Source: Candidatus Moraniibacteriota bacterium (GTDB lineage: Bacteria; Patescibacteriota; Minisyncoccia; Moranbacterales; UBA1568). From it: a DNA stretch of 64,000 bases. Shown in pieces: positions 60,406 through 64,000 of the stretch. Both the position numbers and the translations under genes were made by a program. The stretch spans positions 716,020 through 780,019 of the forward strand of contig JAQTYF010000001.1 in NCBI GenBank assembly GCA_028688415.1. The letters are read 5' to 3'. The notes below the pieces were generated by a model. The model made no database searches and was not told the DNA's origin. It saw only the letters and a program-made list of their open reading frames with translations. The first letter of the stretch is position 1. Every line of letters starts with the position of its first letter.

Positions 60406-60500
60406 GGACAGTTTCCGCCCAAGGCGGACCAGCCTTGGGCTGGGGTTAGAGCGCTACATTGACATTGTAGAGATCACTGGTTCGAATCCAGTATTGTCCA
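60406..60500 (+). pseudogene. tRNA-Val(GAC) copy with the 5' D-arm replaced by a 30-nt double hairpin
   Basis: Acceptor GGACAGT/ATTGTCC-A, anticodon and T arms intact; insert 60414-60443. Confidence 0.8.
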
Positions 60501-60514
60501 CCCTTCATTATAAA

Positions 60515-60585
60515 GCTACACCTGCCTGTCGGCAGACAGGTTGATATTGTAGAGGTCTCCTGTTCGAATCAGGATACGCCCACCA
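60515..60585 (+). pseudogene. 3' remnant of a tRNA-Val-like gene with a palindrome in the anticodon arm
   Basis: GCTACA-[CCTGCCTGTCGGCAGACAGG]-TTGATATTGTAG-AGGTC-TCCTGTTCGAATCAGGA-TACGCCCACCA. Confidence 0.78.
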
Positions 60586-60625
60586 AATAAAAAATCCACT
60601 CTGTGACAAAGAGTGGATTTTTATT
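60586..60625. terminator. Bidirectional terminator
   Basis: AAAAATCCACTCT-GTGACAA-AGAGTGGATTTTT between convergent units. Confidence 0.8.
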
Positions 60626-60636
60626 ATGACAATTTC

Positions 60637-61698
60637 CTAAGGATCTGGAGGAAGTGCTGCTGGTGGCGGTGTTGTGTTGTTTTTTATAATAACCCTTAGA
60701 TTTTTATCAACATTCCCGATATATTTTACCGCTGGTCCTACTTCTCTTGTTGCCTGTTGTATACTTCCATAAATTTGTTTATCAACATTGCGTATTTCTT
60801 TCGTTATTTTTGATTGTATCTCCCCCACTCCTTTTTGAATCAGATTACTTACCAATTTATTTGCCATAGACATCACTACACCGCTGAGTAATTCTCCTGG
60901 ATTTTGTGCCGCGGCAAGGATATCATTTCCTAAATTCTGAATATTTGTCGTTGCAGCCTGTATGGTCGCAGCAGGAGATAAGACTCTTCCGCCTTGTTCC
61001 TTTGGAAGAAATCCTGTTGCAAGCGCTTTGGTAGCCGCTACCGTTTGTTCTGCTTCGATTTGTTCACGATACATCTGTTGTGCTTCGAGTGAATATCCAT
61101 ATGGATTATTCATTGGGTTACGGAAGAAAGCATTAAAAGCCCTCGAATTCCCTCGCGAAAAAGCGTCCATACCTCCGTGTTCATCCAGACTGTATGTTGG
61201 TATAGAGCGCTCAGTAGTTACCCTCTTTGCAGAAGAAACAAGATACCCAGTATAATCACCTCTCAAGCCACCAGAATTCGACCCTGCAGCTATGTAATTC
61301 GCTGAAGATGCTTTCCCTCGAGTCGTCATCGAGAAAAAATCATTCATATACAAATTCGCTTTTTCTCTTGGACTCTGGTAGAGAAATTCATTAAAATCAG
61401 TGATAAAGAGTGGCTGTCCTCCGACTCCTCCTCCGATCAACTGGCCCACTTTACTGTTGAGCATTTGTACCGCTGCCATCTTCAGTGTACCCATGAGAGC
61501 ACCTTCTATTTGTCTTTTTATTGTTGTTATCATCTGATCAACCATCATTGCACCAAATGCAGCCCCCCATACATCAGCACGTGCCTGTTGAGGGAAAAAA
61601 GAAAATGTCATGGAAAAAAACATGATGGAAGAGATGATAATTTTTCTTGAAGTTTTTTTTGACATTATTTTTTCTTTTACCTGTGTTGTATTTTTCAT
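60637..61698 (-). CDS. Hypothetical secreted helical protein
   Basis: Signal peptide ending QARA; P.FITDF and N(P)MNNPYG motifs. Confidence 0.75.
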   Translation of the reverse strand: MKNTTQVKEKIMSKKTSRKIIISSIMFFSMTFSFFPQQARADVWGAAFGAMMVDQMITTIKRQIEGALMGTLKMAAVQMLNSKVGQLIGGGVGGQPLFITDFNEFLYQSPREKANLYMNDFFSMTTRGKASSANYIAAGSNSGGLRGDYTGYLVSSAKRVTTERSIPTYSLDEHGGMDAFSRGNSRAFNAFFRNPMNNPYGYSLEAQQMYREQIEAEQTVAATKALATGFLPKEQGGRVLSPAATIQAATTNIQNLGNDILAAAQNPGELLSGVVMSMANKLVSNLIQKGVGEIQSKITKEIRNVDKQIYGSIQQATREVGPAVKYIGNVDKNLRVIIKNNTTPPPAALPPDP

Positions 61699-62651
61699 AG
61701 ACTCAAAGGAATTTCCTCGATGCCGTAATCTGCTAATTTAGTCTGAATTTCTACTACCAATTCTGCAACACTTCCAAAAAATCCTTGCGCTTTTGAAAGA
61801 ACCGCTATTTGTCCGAGAGGATCAGTGTCATTCGGCTTCAATTCTTGTTTGAGTTGCACGGCATATTGAGCCATTTGAAGAGCCTTGATATGGACATCAA
61901 GCATTTTTTCTGGAACCTCAATGTCTTTGAGTTCTGTCAACATTTTTTCCCCACGTTTTGAGAGGTCTTCTAAAGACTGAGTATTCCCCGAGGCAAGTCC
62001 TGTAACAGATTCTAAAGAAAGATTGTTGAGTATTGCACTAAAATCACTCTGCGTTTGGAAATCTTTCGGTGAATTATTGGCAACGAGATACGAAACAACC
62101 GTAAGATATTCGAGAGCATCTTTCTTTTCTCGTTCCAATCTCTTTTTATCACTGAGGTTTTTTGGTAACTTTTTAATTTTAATATCTTCTTTTTTTATTT
62201 CAGGGAGAATAATTTCTTCTGCATTCCCACTGAGAATACTATTTACTGAAACGTTGATATCTTCAAGAGAAATTGCTTCTCCGCTTTCATTGGTATCTTG
62301 TATCATGCCCGCAATTTCATTCGATACTTTTTCTGTCAGATTCATCTCATCTGCCTGTGTTGAAGCAACTTCTGTATTTTGTACTCCTGATTCTTCTTGA
62401 AAGAGTTTATCGCCCGGTGCTGGTTTGAGTGGATCATAACTGCTTTCCACTTCTACGCCATCGCTATACCCATCATTATCCGTATCTTTATTCATTGGAT
62501 CAGTTCCATACAATTTCTCCTCCTCATTACTGAGTCCATCTTGATCGGTATCGGCAAAAATATCTTTTGTTGTCGCATCATTTTCAGCAAAAACAAAAAC
62601 AGCTGAACCAAAAACAATCAATCCAAAAAAAAGAAAGAGGGCCTGTTTCAT
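61695..62651 (-). CDS. Secreted protein with a bacterial TSP3-like Ca-binding repeat
   Basis: DTDQDGLSNEEEKLYGTDPMNKDTDNDGYSDGVEV..SYDP; signal peptide from ATG 62651. Confidence 0.82.
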   Translation of the reverse strand: MKQALFLFFGLIVFGSAVFVFAENDATTKDIFADTDQDGLSNEEEKLYGTDPMNKDTDNDGYSDGVEVESSYDPLKPAPGDKLFQEESGVQNTEVASTQADEMNLTEKVSNEIAGMIQDTNESGEAISLEDINVSVNSILSGNAEEIILPEIKKEDIKIKKLPKNLSDKKRLEREKKDALEYLTVVSYLVANNSPKDFQTQSDFSAILNNLSLESVTGLASGNTQSLEDLSKRGEKMLTELKDIEVPEKMLDVHIKALQMAQYAVQLKQELKPNDTDPLGQIAVLSKAQGFFGSVAELVVEIQTKLADYGIEEIPLSL

Positions 62652-62982
62652 GCTGTTTTCCTCAAAATAAAAGAGGGACTTTTTGAACATACAACGTGTT
62701 TGTTTTTTACTTTTTTTATTATATCACAACTTCGCAATGTCGTGAATTTTTTTACATAAATTGTTATAAAAAATCTGAAGAAGGTTTTATATAGTATATA
62801 AAAAAGAAAGGTTTGAAAATATTTTTTCCAATCTATTCTTTTTTAATTTTAAAATTTTATATCCATACTCTCTTTTAAAAAAATAATACACTCTATAATT
62901 TTTAAGTATTTTTTATTATTGCTTCATGTTCATTAAAAATGAATCAATATTATGTCATAAATAGTTGTTTTGTCAATAATAT

Positions 62983-63461
62983 ACATCCTCTCTCCATTAA
63001 CCATTCCAGTATGGTCATTCCAAAAGGTTTGGCATTTGTTGAATAGTGAGAATATGGCTTTAAATTAGGGAATGTGGAAATATGTTCCACGTGGAACATA
63101 TGGAAATAGTGTTTGGATTGATATATAAATGTTCCACGTGGAACATTTCTCTTTTGATCTGTGTAGATTTTGATGTGGATTAATTGAATGTGATAGGAAT
63201 ACATCAATGTTCCACGTGGAACATTTTGTGTCGATTCGTTGGAATGAGATTTAGAATGTTCCACGTGGAACATCCTCTCTCCATTAACCATTCCAGTATG
63301 GTCATTCCAAAAGGTTTGGCATTTGTTGAATAGTGAGAATATGGCTTTAAATTAGGGAATGTGGAAATATGTTCCACGTGGAACATATGGAAATAGTGTT
63401 TGGATTGATATATAAATGTTCCACGTGGAACATTTCTCTTTTGATCTGTGTAGATTTTGAT
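62983..63461. repeat. ~192-bp direct repeat (62983-63174 and 63270-63461), each copy carrying two parS sites
   Basis: Identical by eye at offset 287. Confidence 0.9.
63083..63432. promoter_or_regulatory. Cluster of six parS sites
   Basis: TGTTCCACGTGGAACA at 63083, 63130, 63208, 63257, 63370 and 63417; matches the parS consensus TGTTNCACGTGAAACA family. Confidence 0.92.
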
Positions 63462-63485
63462 TGAAAATGGTTGGAATGCATAATA

Positions 63486-63577
63486 TTGACAAAAGTAATA
63501 ATTTATTACATAATAATATTATTGGAAAGAAAGTATGTAAGAAAAAACATTGACGAATAGGGAAAAAACAGTATGAT
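63486..63577 (+). promoter_or_regulatory. Two tandem sigma70-like promoters for the tRNA/rbfA unit
   Basis: TTGACA-17-CATAAT (63486-63514) and TTGACG-16-TATGAT (63550-63577). Confidence 0.55.
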
Positions 63578-63628
63578 AGAGAGATGGCTGTATTATTCAG
63601 AGGTTTATATCTCGATACAGCATGAAAT

Positions 63629-63701
63629 GGGCCGTTAGCACAGTTGGTAGCGCGCTTCCATGGCATGGAAGAGGTCGCCGGTTCGAATCCGGCACGGTCC
63701 A
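63629..63701 (+). tRNA. tRNA-Ala(GGC)
   Basis: GGGCCGT/ACGGTCC-A with G3:U70; anticodon arm CTTCC-ATGGCAT-GGAAG. Confidence 0.95.
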
Positions 63702-63803
63702 CCCCGTTAAAGAAAAATTTCAGCCGTTCCGTAAAGTGCTGATAATTTTCTTTTCAGAACGTTTTCATAAGAACAAACAGATTCCGTTTTTCTCTAACGG
63801 GGT
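63701..63803. mobile_element. MITE-like ~100-bp element with terminal inverted repeats at the tRNA-Ala 3' end
   Basis: ACCCCGTTAAAGAAAAA / TTTTTCTCTAACGGGGT (16/17 match); GGTCCAC repeated at both junctions. Confidence 0.55.
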
Positions 63804-63830
63804 CCACACCTACAAAAACACTTACCAAAT

Positions 63831-63902
63831 GCCTCTATAGCTCAACGGATAGAGCTATCCCGTCCTAAGGGAGAGATGGGGGTTCAATTCCCTCTAGGGG
63901 CA
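63831..63902 (+). tRNA. tRNA-Arg(CCT)
   Basis: GCCTCTA/TAGGGGC-A, loop GT-CCT-AA, GGTTCAATTCC. Confidence 0.9.
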
Positions 63903-63941
63903 CAAATTTTATTGTTTATATACTTGTTATCAACGAAAAAT

Positions 63942-64000
63942 ATGGCATCAATGCGCATTATTAAGGTAAACGAACTCCTCCGCAAACTTCTCGCAGAAAT
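63942..64000 (+). CDS. rbfA: Start of probable ribosome-binding factor A (truncated by window)
   Basis: MASMRIIKVNELLRKLLAE resembles the RbfA N-terminus; only 19 codons visible. Confidence 0.6.
   Translation, partial: MASMRIIKVNELLRKLLAE

Noticed and set aside
62700-63000. oriC
   Set aside because: AT-rich and next to parS, but I saw no DnaA boxes (TTATCCACA) and no dnaA; the skew change looks local.
63083-63432. Palindromic repeats as CRISPR, and ORFs 62950, 63204, 63352 and 63622 as genes
   Set aside because: The repeats are 16-18-bp parS sites with irregular, duplicated spacing. MFHVEH/VPRGT/CSTWN are parS translations, and two of the ORFs overlap tRNA-Ala.
1-64000. Alternative genetic code (TGA=Gly, code 25)
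   Set aside because: Conserved genes translate full length in code 11, and several end at TGA (e.g. xseB, tilS, xer).

Overview
Chromosomal segment of a small-genome bacterium, most likely CPR/Patescibacteria. This is inferred from gene content and style: a VirB4/PrgI/VirB6-like cluster, weak Shine-Dalgarno signals, TGn-extended -10 promoters and standard code 11. Housekeeping genes include xseAB, pcrA/uvrD, a Xer-type recombinase, rsmA, comM, lspA, yraN, pnp, rpsO, gyrA, rpsA, gmk, tilS, ftsH and the start of rbfA. There are three intact tRNAs (Val-GAC, Ala-GGC, Arg-CCT) and six parS palindromes. The most unusual signals are: (1) a MoxR/AAA_5 ATPase flanked by two genes that share a near-identical ~65-aa N-terminal leader, one ending in a DGR-target-like variable region and the other in 29-aa tandem repeats; (2) dispersed 7-bp-period YATCnnn arrays that form inverted pairs, one pair enclosing a four-helix-bundle (IVP/Avd-like) gene, others empty, one translated inside xseA; (3) one intact tRNA-Val followed by two copies disrupted by short palindromic elements; (4) a twice-repeated ~135-bp structured element with compensatory changes, next to a candidate ncRNA; (5) an ispG + isopentenyl-phosphate-kinase-like + methyltransferase operon. 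All assignments are by-eye motif recognition; no database searches were run.
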